A DNA stretch of 64,000 nucleotides from Patescibacteria group bacterium (GCA_028717225.1 JAQUOF010000002.1:19249-83248); one strand, 5' to 3'; shown: positions 19,601-28,899, counted from the stretch's first letter. Made by a program: numbers and translations. The notes: generated by a model not told the origin, from the sequence alone.

Positions 19601-20359
19601 TAATCCAACTGACAAAGCAGTTGTTACGCCGGTTGTGGCTGTCCAACCAGGAGTAAGTAAACCAGTTTCAACGCCTGTAATAGTAGCACCATCAGCATAA
19701 GCTTCAGTAGTGCTAACGGTTATAACATTGGCGGCTAAATAGTTATTGGCGGTAAAAGCAGCATCAGAGATGGCGCGTTTTGTACCGTCAACAATCAAAT
19801 ACTTCTGGGTTGAGCCAGCGTATTGAATAAGGCTTCCATTTGGATGAGTTGAAGAAGTAGCAACAACTGTTCCTAATGGATAGGTAAATTTATTAAGTAA
19901 ATCATCAGGTACCCAAGTAACCTTTGACCATGAAGCATCTTTAAATAAGGCTTGGTAAATCTCTGAAGATTGTACCGGTCTTATTTTAGAACCTTCAACA
20001 TAGTAGACGGCATTGGCGGCATAACCGCTAAGACCGCTGCTTTTACCGCGGAAGAGTGAACCGTCGCGGAAAGGCATTGGATTACCATCAGTGTAAGCGG
20101 CTAATTCTGAGGCAGTAACTGTTTTCACAGTTGAATAATCAGTTGGATAACCCCAAGAATGATAGACGCCAAAATGTGGGAAAACGCGTTTTGTCGCACC
20201 CTGGACATAATAGACGGCGGAGCTACCAGCAGCTTTTACTAAATCGCCATCAGCGATATAAGTAGTAGCATTGGCTGGGAGAAGTCCCGCTATGCCTATG
20301 GACCAGCAGATTGTCATTACGGTAGTCCCGATTGCAATAGCTTTTTTAAGTTTATTCAT
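16628..20359 (-). CDS. Large secreted T/S/G/A/V-rich surface protein (1243 aa), putative adhesin or S-layer-like
   Basis: N-terminal signal peptide (MNKLKKAIAIGTTVMTICWSIGIAGL). Very low complexity, beta-rich composition with repeated TVTG/TLT segments. No recognisable enzymatic motif. Confidence 0.6.
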   Translation of the reverse strand: MNKLKKAIAIGTTVMTICWSIGIAGLLPANATTYIADGDLVKAAGSSAVYYVQGATKRVFPHFGVYHSWGYPTDYSTVKTVTASELAAYTDGNPMPFRDGSLFRGKSSGLSGYAANAVYYVEGSKIRPVQSSEIYQALFKDASWSKVTWVPDDLLNKFTYPLGTVVATSSTHPNGSLIQYAGSTQKYLIVDGTKRAISDAAFTANNYLAANVITVSTTEAYADGATITGVETGLLTPGWTATTGVTTALSVGLSSDNQSSTTLPKGSSNVALLKATLTAGTNGATVTGLTFKRSGVGATGDWSDLYLYEGTTLLTPTSRTLSTDTQTVEFSALNVVIAANSSKYVTLRGDLLCTGAACATTSATAADQHVFSLTSIETGATVTGLPVTGNLMTVGSQAIGTATVTDTVTPTAPAVGAQNAEIADFKITNGSSNNSITFDQVTMTFTGNTARSGITNFKLYQAGETNVLATASSIATNDTLTLTLTTPFVILKGQNRTFVLKADVAGRVGETLQFYVEEDNQVVITDTQYGVGAKVTNTFAGTQLTLKGGTITLADNGPTVGNIGKNQQDVVLTKASITANRAVEVRKLGVTLCVDEAAVLDNDAGLVGDLRIKDIDTGSTLMTGTINTVHIGRCAVAHNATGNANPTYYELTNTFNLSSGMVKHLGVTVDLSADTDGLLDNIKLNASLAMVNRDATYVEIRDTTTGDYVKIADVVPQAITGDDQTIQAASLTPTLASTPVSATYIKGATEVPTMGMTLSASEAANVNVRSIQARVYAETTGDVGTLVNPNLVISSVKLYQEGTTTPLGVKSVSWSSSYGTVTFDGLNVTIPKGTNQKFTFKADLTSSITEGYNYWVGVYNHDATDNITAYDTDGNGLAISVADGTDYSINTGLTPTVKITAGLGGTLTVAKDAGSPSGDIVVAGTSNVVMSKFKFTANSENITIDKLKVAIATSASSRSVTAVKMTYTGGTATGYLSGGYATFTGMNWLIAKDKSDVLTISADLNTIDGGATSGDDINLGLACNTATYCNATGASGTVLGDTTSDFASATTDNFTANTMYVRQTRPTVALATGSATGAFVPGWTDVGTWTVSADAADDVYVNTLKFTIESNDTDWTAALAATDFTLYDTGSLSVDILTDTGITATYSTSTLTVTADSADYRFIVPKGSSKSYLLKAHTSAGGVIGTALAAGVDAFLDAYINSDAVAGTTGNLVWYDKSVGGTAINGNLIKALPVYSNGRTYAR

Positions 20360-20601
20360 TTTAATTTAAACCTCGTTAATTAATAAGCAGCGATTTCGGA
20401 TTAAATATTAAAAAGTATCAATCCTTCAACTACTTATTTTAGATAATATCCCGTCATATTCTCTAAAATTTTAATTTTAGAAAAAAGACTCGACCTTTTT
20501 AATTCCCGCCTTTTGGGCAGGGATCAGCTGATCCAAGATTTCGACGTCTTAAAAATCAACTGAGGGATATTTTATTTAAGTTTATTAATTGTAAATAAAA
20601 T

Positions 20602-21474
20602 TTACTTTTCGCGAATCATCGGCGTAACTTTAATTTTTCCCGTTCTCTCAACATCAATTCCGAAATCAGCTTTTTGTTCAATTTTTTTCACCGGCACTTT
20701 ATTTAAAGTACCCAAAGATCCGCCGGCATTTTTAATAATCGGCAATGTATTAATTTTTTGTTCAACCGGAATTTGCGACGGAGTGGAAGTGGTCTGATCA
20801 ATAATTATATTATTCTGGGAAGAATTTTGAGTTATTTTTTCCGCATTGTTGATTTTTTCCAAAGCCGTGACCAAATTATTTTCTTCCAAAGAATTTTTTG
20901 TTTCTTCCAAAAGTTTTTTCAAATCATCCGATTGAATCATTTTAAATATTTCCTGTCCGTCTTCAATCGGCAAAGCGCCTTCGTCGGCGATTAACTCTTC
21001 TACATTATCGCCTACCGGATTTTGAGCGCTGATTTCATTTTTTAAAATTTTCAAATCGCTGTTGAAATTTGCCACCAATTTATTGAGTTCGGGCGTAGCT
21101 GCTTGTCCGTTTTCTATTTTATCAGCCAAAGTTCTGGCTTCGGACAAGCGATTGGCTAAAATTTCCGCTTTTAAAACAGTTTTTTGCGACTTGTCCAAAA
21201 TCAAGGCCATACGCACCTTTTCTGAAGCGCGTTTAACCGAATATAATAAATCACCGGGAATAGTGTTTTTGGCGGCAAAAACAGTACCGAATCCGGTGAT
21301 AAAAATAAACAATAAAACCAGCACACTCACAGCTGCTGGCTTAAAATAAAACACTTGGTTTTGACCAGGAAAAGTTTCCTTATAGTAAGATAAAAGCATT
21401 TTTTTGCTTTCCTCTTCCATAGTCCTAGAAGGCTTAATCACGTTATATTGTTGGATTAGGCTTTTGAGTTCCAT
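20602..21474 (-). CDS. Membrane-anchored putative anti-sigma factor (DUF5667-like)
   Basis: Single TM (AAVSVLVLLFIFITGFGTVFAA) followed by DLLYSVKRASEKVRMAL. It lies immediately downstream of the ECF sigma gene. Confidence 0.45.
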   Translation of the reverse strand: MELKSLIQQYNVIKPSRTMEEESKKMLLSYYKETFPGQNQVFYFKPAAVSVLVLLFIFITGFGTVFAAKNTIPGDLLYSVKRASEKVRMALILDKSQKTVLKAEILANRLSEARTLADKIENGQAATPELNKLVANFNSDLKILKNEISAQNPVGDNVEELIADEGALPIEDGQEIFKMIQSDDLKKLLEETKNSLEENNLVTALEKINNAEKITQNSSQNNIIIDQTTSTPSQIPVEQKINTLPIIKNAGGSLGTLNKVPVKKIEQKADFGIDVERTGKIKVTPMIREK

Positions 21475-21564
21475 AGTTTTGTAATTACACTATATATGAC
21501 GTGGAATCCGGGAATTTGTGACACTTGTCCTGAGCTGTTCGGCACTGAGCTCACGGCCGAAGTG

Positions 21565-21624
21565 CTTGTCGAAGGGCTCGCCCTGAGCTTGTCGAAGGGC
21601 TCGCCCTGAGCTTGTCGAAGGGCT
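21565..21624. repeat. GC-rich 23-bp tandem repeat (cttgtcgaagggctcgccctgag) x ~2.6
   Basis: Read directly, with units at 21565, 21588 and 21611. It sits in the sigma / anti-sigma intergenic region and overlaps the sigma stop codon. Confidence 0.8.
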
Positions 21625-22165
21625 ATTTCGTTTCCTTATCCTTTAAAATTTCCTTCAATTTATCCAGTCCCCGATGCACTCTTTGTCTGACATTGCTTTC
21701 CTTCTCGCCGATAATCTCGGAAATTTCTTTAAAAGAAAGTCCTTGAAAAAAATGAAACTCAACCACTTCCCGATATTCAGGTTTTAACAAAGATAAATAT
21801 TTTTTAATGTTATCAATGGCCATTTTTTGGTCCAATTGTTTTTCTGTTTCTTGCGGCGCGGCAATTTCAATCGCTTCGTCAAGCGAAAGATCATTTTGTC
21901 TTGTCCGATAAAAATCAATAATTAAATTTCTGGCGATTTTAAAAAGAAAGGCCTGGAAATTTTCAATTTCGCCTTCCTCTTTCAAATAATTAAAAATTTT
22001 AAGAAATGTTTCATTAGTTAAATCATTCGCTTTTTCTTCATCGGACACTTTAAAATAAATAAAACGGTAAATTTTATCCCGATATAAATCGTAAAATTTG
22101 GTAAAAGCAAATTCCCTGCCGCTTTTGACCTGATGAATGAGGATTTTTTCGGTTATCCTTAACAT
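21623..22165 (-). CDS. ECF-type RNA polymerase sigma-70 family factor
   Basis: 180 aa. The region-2-like segment is IARNLIIDFYRTRQ. The region-4 HTH is LSFKEISEIIGEKESNVRQRVHRGLDKLKE. Confidence 0.8.
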   Translation of the reverse strand: MLRITEKILIHQVKSGREFAFTKFYDLYRDKIYRFIYFKVSDEEKANDLTNETFLKIFNYLKEEGEIENFQAFLFKIARNLIIDFYRTRQNDLSLDEAIEIAAPQETEKQLDQKMAIDNIKKYLSLLKPEYREVVEFHFFQGLSFKEISEIIGEKESNVRQRVHRGLDKLKEILKDKETK

Positions 22166-22243
22166 AATGTATCAAAATACTAGCAAAAATGACAAAAAAA
22201 GCAAGTCTTCTATATAGAAATTTTAATTCCTTGCTTTTTTATA

Positions 22244-23542
22244 TTATGGCTGCTGAGATACAGTCGCTTTAATAACTTTTTCTTCTCCGGCGCGCAAAAC
22301 CGTCAATTCTACCGTATCGCCCGGATTTTTCTGCTGGATTAGATAAGTCAGATCTTGATCTTTATTTAAGCTTATTCCGTCCACTTTTACGATAATATCA
22401 GCGTTATTAAGGCCTGCTTTCTGAGCCGGACTGGAAATAACAGGAGAACCAAAGACAATAGCTCCATTGGTCAAATCCTTGAAAAGCGAGCTGGAAATAC
22501 CGGGTGCTTCTTCTATGCGCAAATAATCAACACCCAAATAAGGCCGTTTAATTTTCTTATCCTTTAAAACTTGATCAATTAAAGTTTTAAACTGCCAAGA
22601 AGGAATAATTTTTTCTTGAGATATCAGACCAACCTCGGCGCCGTCTAATCCGAAAATCACTCCGCCGGGAAAAAGACTTGGAGAAATCTGGGAATCTAAC
22701 AATATATAGTCGTCAAATTTGTCAGTGGAATGAACCAAGTCGTCGGTTTTATTAATATTTTTAAAACGCGGATTACTGATTTCGGTAAAATTTATTTTAT
22801 TGAATTTATCCCAAACAATAACTTGCTCCCCTGCTTTAACTTCCTCGGCCAAGGCGAATTTCACCACTCCCAAATTTTGGGCGGTAATTTTTATAAAACT
22901 TATGCCGGTTACGGAATCTTCTAAAATTTCTTCAACAGGATAAACTTTATTTTCCGCGTCAACGGCCACATATTTTTGTTTTGCGTCAAAATCTCCTCCG
23001 CTGGCCAGCCAACCATCACTGGTAATAATCAAGCCAAGTGATTTAACTTGCCAAGGCGCGTAAATTTGATCCAAAAATGACAATTTGGCCTTGCTTGAGG
23101 CTTCTTTGGCTGAGAAAATCCTGACCATTTTCAAAGATAAGTCATTAACTAAAGCAGCGGCTCTGGCATCACTGGTGACGGTAACTTTTTTTTCCGTAAC
23201 CAAGGTTACTTCGTGGGTGGGAAAATATTTAGTCAAACTTATTTCTTGTAAAAATGGAATTTTGATTGTCTGGCGGGTTAAAAGAAAAAGGCTGCCGCCA
23301 ATACCGGAAGCCAAACCGAAAATTATTGCCAAAATAACAGCCAACCACACCCAACCCCGAGGAGTCGTCAGCGGTTTTTGAAAATTATTAAAAGACTGGT
23401 CGTTATAAAATTTTTGGACGCCGTCTTTTAATTCTTCTTGACGTTCTTTTTTTATTTCATCTCTCATACTTTTTTTAACATCAACTGTTTCTTTTTTGTC
23501 TATTTCGTCAACAACGACGATTCTTTGTTTTTCTTTACCCAT
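22244..23542 (-). CDS. Membrane-anchored HtrA-like PDZ protein with no apparent catalytic serine triad (pseudo-protease). The start is probably the internal Met at ~23467.
   Basis: N-terminal TM. A C-terminal PDZ domain runs from GISSSLF...GDTVELTVLRAGEEKVIKA. The position of the GNSGGP serine motif reads SLFPGGVIFGLDG, and no catalytic His is evident. Confidence 0.45.
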   Translation of the reverse strand: MGKEKQRIVVVDEIDKKETVDVKKSMRDEIKKERQEELKDGVQKFYNDQSFNNFQKPLTTPRGWVWLAVILAIIFGLASGIGGSLFLLTRQTIKIPFLQEISLTKYFPTHEVTLVTEKKVTVTSDARAAALVNDLSLKMVRIFSAKEASSKAKLSFLDQIYAPWQVKSLGLIITSDGWLASGGDFDAKQKYVAVDAENKVYPVEEILEDSVTGISFIKITAQNLGVVKFALAEEVKAGEQVIVWDKFNKINFTEISNPRFKNINKTDDLVHSTDKFDDYILLDSQISPSLFPGGVIFGLDGAEVGLISQEKIIPSWQFKTLIDQVLKDKKIKRPYLGVDYLRIEEAPGISSSLFKDLTNGAIVFGSPVISSPAQKAGLNNADIIVKVDGISLNKDQDLTYLIQQKNPGDTVELTVLRAGEEKVIKATVSQQP

Positions 23543-24204
23543 AGATTGATAATTATACTAAATAAAATTGAAATAATCAAGGCATTTAAATAAAACGCAA
23601 GCGGCAGGAAATTAATCGCCAAATAAATTTCGCCTAGAACCAAACTGATGACACCTAAAAATATCATTGTATCTTTTGATAAATCCTGGGAATTGATCCA
23701 AAAAAAATAAAAATTCAACCAAAATAATAAAAAGAGTATCGTTATTGCCGCTAAATACAGTTTAAGCCCAAGCGGATTTTGGCTTAAATAAGCGCTTAAA
23801 CCGACCAAAAAACAATAAGCGATAAAAAAGTTGAGCCAAGCGGCCGAATTTTTTAAAATATGAGGACGGGAGATTCTTGGTCGATAAAATAATTGATAAA
23901 TATTAAGAATAAAATAACTGAAAATAGCGGCGGTAATAAGAATAAAAATAAACCGCAAAACAGAATTGGTTAAAAAAAGAAACAGCATTAAAGCCCCTGA
24001 AATCATCAGAATCAGCTGAACAAAAAGCGGCCAATGAGTTTTAAAATAATCTTTAATTAAAAAAAATCCGGCTGTTAAAGCCGAAACCAAAATCAAACCA
24101 TAACCAATAACGGTTTTTGAAGCAGTCGGATGATAAAGTATGGCCGCTAAAATTAAAACAACAAAAAGCGGCAAATAAAGATAAAATTTAAAATTCATAA
24201 TCAA
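23500..24204 (-). CDS. Polytopic membrane protein, unknown function
   Basis: 234 aa with at least 6 hydrophobic helices. No recognisable motif. Confidence 0.4.
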   Translation of the reverse strand: MIMNFKFYLYLPLFVVLILAAILYHPTASKTVIGYGLILVSALTAGFFLIKDYFKTHWPLFVQLILMISGALMLFLFLTNSVLRFIFILITAAIFSYFILNIYQLFYRPRISRPHILKNSAAWLNFFIAYCFLVGLSAYLSQNPLGLKLYLAAITILFLLFWLNFYFFWINSQDLSKDTMIFLGVISLVLGEIYLAINFLPLAFYLNALIISILFSIIINLWVKKNKESSLLTK

Positions 24205-24555
24205 TTAGTTAAAACCCATGCTCTCCGGATTGATTTCTTCCCATTCATTATTTGAATTAGTTTTAAAAATTTTAAGCTGAGAAGTTTGCTCGGTCTCGGA
24301 ATAAATAAAATCAATGGCAGACTTACTGCCGATTCTTTTGGTATGAAGCACTTTTTTGTCAATTACTTTCGGACGAGAAGTTTTTTCCAGCTTGATTCTG
24401 CCTAAGGGACTTTTAAATTCAACTGATTCTCTTTTGCCTAAAATTATTTCTCCGGTTGAAGTTTCAGCCACGGTAAATTCTTCTTCGTATCGTTTATCAA
24501 TACCAAATTTCTCTTCCACTTTATAAATTAAATTTTCCCATTTTTCCGCATTCAT
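24205..24555 (-). CDS. Hypothetical protein (116 aa)
   Basis: ORF packed tightly between its neighbours. No recognisable motif. Confidence 0.35.
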   Translation of the reverse strand: MNAEKWENLIYKVEEKFGIDKRYEEEFTVAETSTGEIILGKRESVEFKSPLGRIKLEKTSRPKVIDKKVLHTKRIGSKSAIDFIYSETEQTSQLKIFKTNSNNEWEEINPESMGFN

Positions 24556-24570
24556 ATAGATTATATTTTA

Positions 24571-25101
24571 CTACTTCTTGGAATAAACACAACCGCAATA
24601 ATTCTGCCTGTAAAAATTATATTCTTTGCTTAATTCCAAGCTTCTTTTAAAACCGTCATTCTTTTTAAAATCAGCTTCAAAAAAATTTAAGTCATATTTT
24701 TGAGCCAATTCCATGCCGATTTGATTGATTTTTACGGCATTTTTTGAAGGGCCAACGGTCAAGCTGGTGGCAAAATAAGGAATGTCACATCTTTGAGCAA
24801 TTTGAGCTGTTTTTTCCAAACGCATTTTAAAACAAATTTGACAACGCTCTCCTCCTTCCTTCTCATTCTCTTTTCCTTTAACAACTTCTTGCCATTTTTC
24901 ATTTTCATAAGATTCTTCCAATAAATCCACTTTATATATGGCAACTAATTTTCTGACTTCGGCCAAGCGTTTTTCATATTCTTCTGATGATTGGATATTC
25001 GGATTGTACCAAAATAAAGTTAAATCAAATTGGCCTTGCAATAATTCAATCGGAACCGTGGCGCAATTGGCGCAGCAAATATGGAGTAGTAATTTGTTCA
25101 T
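24571..25101 (-). CDS. queH: Epoxyqueuosine reductase QueH (DUF208)
   Basis: LHICCANC near the N-terminus and YRQNYCGCVYS at the C-terminus. Both are diagnostic DUF208/QueH Cys motifs. Confidence 0.6.
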   Translation of the reverse strand: MNKLLLHICCANCATVPIELLQGQFDLTLFWYNPNIQSSEEYEKRLAEVRKLVAIYKVDLLEESYENEKWQEVVKGKENEKEGGERCQICFKMRLEKTAQIAQRCDIPYFATSLTVGPSKNAVKINQIGMELAQKYDLNFFEADFKKNDGFKRSLELSKEYNFYRQNYCGCVYSKK

Positions 25102-26246
25102 AATAAATTAACAAACAAACTGATTAAAGCGGCAATCGGAAAAGCGAATTTCAGACTGACCGTACTGACTAAAAATATTAAAACAATACCCATTAAAATT
25201 CTCCCGATACCTATGCTCATTTCTTTTAAAACCGTGTATTCGTCAATATAAGAACCGTGATCGGCTGATCTTTCATAATAGAGCGCGTCAAAAGGAGTGC
25301 GAAAAATAATACTCGTAAAATTATGAAAAGCGCCGACTACAAAAATTTGAAAAGTGGTGCCGGCAAACGCTTTTAAAAACCATCCCAAAGCGTAAAGCAT
25401 TGAACCTGTTCTGACCATTTTCTTTTTGGGAAATTTGTCCGTATATTCGCCGACAAAAATTTGAAGAACAACGGTGCCGATAATAATTAGAGCGGTAATC
25501 GCACCCACGGCCAGATATTGTTTTTCCAAAATTTGATAAATAAAAATCGGCCAGATCACTATACCCACCAAATCTTGGGCTCCATCAGCCATATAAGCAA
25601 CCATAGTATGACGGCGGCTTTTTTTAAAAAGCTCTTTCCAAGAACCGAAATAAGAATATTCAAAATGCGCTCTGGTCTCGCTTATTTTAAACAAAGGAAT
25701 AATGGCAATGGTCAGAATAATCATTACTATCATAAAAAGAGTCTCAAAGCTGCTCTGACTTAATAAAACTCCGGCCACCAGGGGCGCGCCAATGCTGATT
25801 AAATAGCCTAAAACTGTCAAATACGCCATTTGCTTTCCACGGCTTTTACCGTCAGTAAATTTAACAAAATCAACATGATAAGGCACCCAATAAAACAGGC
25901 GAAAAGCGAGCAGAACGACATTGGCTAAAATGGCAAAAATCAAAGGATTATTGCTGAAAAAATAAAGGCAGAGATAGAAAGGTATGATGAAAAATCTGGC
26001 AATAATGATTGATTTTTTCAATCCGATTTTTGACATCCACATCGCGCCGATCGGCGACAAAATGCCATAAAGACCGTAACCGATGACATAAAAAATAATT
26101 ACCCAATGGATTGAATTGCCGAATTTTTCAAATAAAAAAATCGGCAAAAATAAGCCGACCATGCCGTCCGCCAACGAGGCGATCATATTATAAAAACAAA
26201 GCGCCTTAAAATCTTTGGAAAAATTAAAATGAAAAAATTTAAACAT
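25098..26246 (-). CDS. MFS-type transporter
   Basis: 382 aa with ~12 TM helices and the organisation of a major facilitator. Confidence 0.55.
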   Translation of the reverse strand: MFKFFHFNFSKDFKALCFYNMIASLADGMVGLFLPIFLFEKFGNSIHWVIIFYVIGYGLYGILSPIGAMWMSKIGLKKSIIIARFFIIPFYLCLYFFSNNPLIFAILANVVLLAFRLFYWVPYHVDFVKFTDGKSRGKQMAYLTVLGYLISIGAPLVAGVLLSQSSFETLFMIVMIILTIAIIPLFKISETRAHFEYSYFGSWKELFKKSRRHTMVAYMADGAQDLVGIVIWPIFIYQILEKQYLAVGAITALIIIGTVVLQIFVGEYTDKFPKKKMVRTGSMLYALGWFLKAFAGTTFQIFVVGAFHNFTSIIFRTPFDALYYERSADHGSYIDEYTVLKEMSIGIGRILMGIVLIFLVSTVSLKFAFPIAALISLFVNLL

Positions 26247-26251
26247 ACCCT

Positions 26252-27517
26252 TTATTTTTTTAATTCGTAATATTTCCGCCCTTTTAATTCTTTGGGCAGA
26301 TATTCTTGTTTGGAATTCGGAAAATTATGCGAATATTCATAATCCTTTCCATAACCGATTTTTTTCATTAACTGGGTCGGAGCGTTTCTTAAATGAAGCG
26401 GTACTGGTAAATTTAAATATTTTTGAACATCTTCTTTGGCTGCCAAAAGTCCTTTGTAAGAAGCATTGGATTTCGGGGCCGTGGCCAAATAAGTAACTGC
26501 CTGAGCTAAATTAAGTTGCGCTTCCGGCAGACCGATAATTTCAACCGCTTTAAACGCGGCAATGGCGATTAAAAGCGCCATTGGGTCGCGATTGGTGATG
26601 TCTTCTGAAGCAAAAATTACCATCCGACGGGCGATAAATTTAGGATCTTCCCCTGCTTCAAGCATTCTGGCCAGCCAATATAAAGCCGCGTCCGGATCAG
26701 AACCGCGCATTGATTTTATAAAAGCGGAAATAACATTATAATGCTCGTCGCCGGCCTTGTCATAAGATAAAGCCTTATATTGCAATGCTTGTTCTATAAT
26801 GGATAAACTAAGGTGATGAACTTTGTCAGAATCTGAAACGGAAATTCTGGCCGCGCTTTCCAAAGCGTTTAAAGGATTACGGGCATCGCCGTTTGAAGAT
26901 TGAATCAATAAATCCAGAGCCGGTTTGGCGATTTTAATTTTTAATTTTCCCAATCCCCTTTTTTTATCAGAAAGCGCTTTTTTAATAATCAAACCGATAT
27001 TTTCCGGCGAGAGCGGATTAAAAATAAAAACCCGGCAGCGGGATAAAAGCGGCGAAATAACTTCGAAAGAAGGATTCTCCGTCGTCGCACCGATTAAAAT
27101 AATTTCTCCGGATTCCACAAAAGGCAAAAAAATCGCCTGTTGGGCTTTATTAAAACGATGAATTTCGTCAACAAATAAAATTGTCTTTTTACCGCAAGAT
27201 CTTTTTGCCGCCCTGGCTTTTTCCAAAACTTTTCTGATATCAGCGGTCTTTTGTTCCACGGCCGAATACTGAATAAAATCAGCGCCAGTGGTCAAAGCAA
27301 TAATGCCGGCCAAAGTGGTTTTACCGGAACCGGGCGGACCCCAAAAAATCATTGAAGGCACTTCGTCCTGCTCAATTAACCGTTGTAAAATCTTCCCCGG
27401 ACCAACTAAATTTTCTTGGCCCACCAATTCGTCCAATGTTTTGGGCCTCATCCGTTCAGCTAAAGGTTTTAATCCTTCATTTGTTTCGGAAAATAATGTA
27501 ATATCTTCTTCTATCAT
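26252..27517 (-). CDS. rarA: Replication-associated recombination protein A (RarA/MgsA AAA+ ATPase)
   Basis: FWGPPGSGKTTLA, FVDEIHRFNKAQQAIFLPFVESGEIILIGATTENPSFEV and LLSRCRV match the RarA signature closely. Confidence 0.85.
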   Translation of the reverse strand: MIEEDITLFSETNEGLKPLAERMRPKTLDELVGQENLVGPGKILQRLIEQDEVPSMIFWGPPGSGKTTLAGIIALTTGADFIQYSAVEQKTADIRKVLEKARAAKRSCGKKTILFVDEIHRFNKAQQAIFLPFVESGEIILIGATTENPSFEVISPLLSRCRVFIFNPLSPENIGLIIKKALSDKKRGLGKLKIKIAKPALDLLIQSSNGDARNPLNALESAARISVSDSDKVHHLSLSIIEQALQYKALSYDKAGDEHYNVISAFIKSMRGSDPDAALYWLARMLEAGEDPKFIARRMVIFASEDITNRDPMALLIAIAAFKAVEIIGLPEAQLNLAQAVTYLATAPKSNASYKGLLAAKEDVQKYLNLPVPLHLRNAPTQLMKKIGYGKDYEYSHNFPNSKQEYLPKELKGRKYYELKK

Positions 27518-27561
27518 AACTTTATGATAACATATTTTATGTTTTTGTCCAAAATTTACAG

Positions 27562-27589
27562 TTTACAATTTAAAAATTTAGGTTATAAT
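27562..27589 (+). promoter_or_regulatory. Sigma-70-like promoter for tRNA-Pro: TTTACA, 16 bp spacer, TATAAT
   Basis: tttaca at 27562-27567 and tataat at 27584-27589. The tRNA starts ~13 nt further downstream. Confidence 0.45.
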
Positions 27590-27601
27590 TAATTGAATTA
27601 T

Positions 27602-27673
27602 CGGGCTGTAGTGGATCGGTACCACGCTTGGTTCGGGACTAAGAAACAGAGGGTTCGACTCCCTCCAGCCCGA
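27602..27673 (+). tRNA. tRNA-Pro (anticodon CGG), 72 nt, CCA not encoded
   Basis: Cloverleaf: acceptor CGGGCTG/CAGCCCG with a C1:G72 pair, D-stem GTGG/CCAC, anticodon stem CTTGG/CTAAG with loop TTCGGGA, T-arm GAGGG-TTCGACT-CCCTC. Confidence 0.85.
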
Positions 27674-27701
27674 TTAAAATATAAATTTAATTTACGCGCA
27701 T

Positions 27702-27959
27702 ATGAAAGAATTTATTTTTACTGCTTTATTAGTTTTCTTTTCCGTGGCCATAGCAGATATTCTTTGGGTATTTTATATTAGAAGAATCAGCCAAGGCAAG
27801 GCTTTAAGTTCTGCCGCTTTTGGGTCAATTATCTGGCTGCTCAGCGCCTTTGTAGTTATCAGTTATATTAAAGATTTAAAACAAATAATTCCCGCGACAT
27901 TAGGAAGTTTTATTGGAACCTATATCACGGTTAAATATGATACTCGTCTAAAAAAATAA
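27702..27959 (+). CDS. Small membrane protein (85 aa, ~3 TM)
   Basis: Hydrophobic ORF directly downstream of tRNA-Pro, followed by a strong terminator. Confidence 0.45.
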   Translation: MKEFIFTALLVFFSVAIADILWVFYIRRISQGKALSSAAFGSIIWLLSAFVVISYIKDLKQIIPATLGSFIGTYITVKYDTRLKK

Positions 27960-27974
27960 GTGTTAAATAATAAA

Positions 27975-28010
27975 ATAGAGTCCTTGTTTAGGACTCTATT
28001 TTATTATTTA
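27975..28010 (+). terminator. Intrinsic terminator (atagagtcc-ttgttt-ggactctat followed by tttattattt). It sits between convergent genes, so it may be bidirectional.
   Basis: 9-bp perfect stem followed by a T-run. Confidence 0.6.
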
Positions 28011-28062
28011 ACCAAATATTGCCGTGAACCGCCAAAAGATTCGCGATAACCCTATACACTTG

Positions 28063-28899
28063 TCATTTTTGGCAATTTGGGCAATAATATGTTCCCCTTC
28101 CCGCCAAAACCATTTTTTCTATTTTACTTTGACAGCGAAAACATTTTAAATTTTCGCGGCCATAAACTTTAAGCTTTAAAACATAGATTCCTTTATTCCC
28201 GCTTGCGTCAACATAATTTTCAACCGAGCTGCCCTTGTCTTTAATCGCTTGTTTTAAAATACTGATCAGACAATGATATAAATTTTTTATTTCTTTTTCA
28301 GATAAACTTTTAACCGTCCGAGTCGGTAAAATCTTGGCGCAGAAACAAGCTTCTTGGGCGTAAATATTACCGATTCCGGCAATGAAAGATTGATCCATTA
28401 AGAGCGGTTTGATTTTCAATCTTAATTTTTTAAACAAAATCTCTTGAAATTTTTTTAAAGTAAAATCTTTTTTTAGCGGTTCTGGACCGTATTTTTCTTG
28501 TTCAAATATTTTTTCCAAATCAGCTGTTTTAACCAATTTAACATAGCCAAATTGCCTTAAATCATTATAAATCAACGCGCTTTTATCAGAAAAATGATAA
28601 ATAAGATGAGTGTATTTTTGATGTTCCATGCTGTCCGTTTCATGATCCATAAATATCAATTGTCCGGTTAATTTTAAATGGATTAATAATGAATAGCCAT
28701 TAGAAATTTTGATAATCAAAAGTTTCGCCCGGCGCGAAACATTTTGAATAATCGCGTTTTTTAATTTATTTTTAAAAAAAGGGGTTGATACGCCCTTAAT
28801 TAATTTAGCCAGCCGAATTTCCACTTTTATTATTTTTTTGCCAATAATTTTGTCGGCTAATTGGTTTTTAATTGTTTCAACTTCGGGTAATTCCGGCAT
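28063..28899 (-). CDS. mutM: Formamidopyrimidine-DNA glycosylase (Fpg/MutM)
   Basis: N-terminal MPELPEVETI. C-terminal zinc finger CFRCQSKIEKMVLAGRGTYYCPNCQ. Confidence 0.85.
   Translation of the reverse strand: MPELPEVETIKNQLADKIIGKKIIKVEIRLAKLIKGVSTPFFKNKLKNAIIQNVSRRAKLLIIKISNGYSLLIHLKLTGQLIFMDHETDSMEHQKYTHLIYHFSDKSALIYNDLRQFGYVKLVKTADLEKIFEQEKYGPEPLKKDFTLKKFQEILFKKLRLKIKPLLMDQSFIAGIGNIYAQEACFCAKILPTRTVKSLSEKEIKNLYHCLISILKQAIKDKGSSVENYVDASGNKGIYVLKLKVYGRENLKCFRCQSKIEKMVLAGRGTYYCPNCQK

Noticed and set aside
22244-23542. Calling the PDZ protein a functional DegP/HtrA protease.
   Set aside because: No GNSGGP-type serine motif and no catalytic His could be found in the translation. It is described as degenerate, pending a profile alignment.
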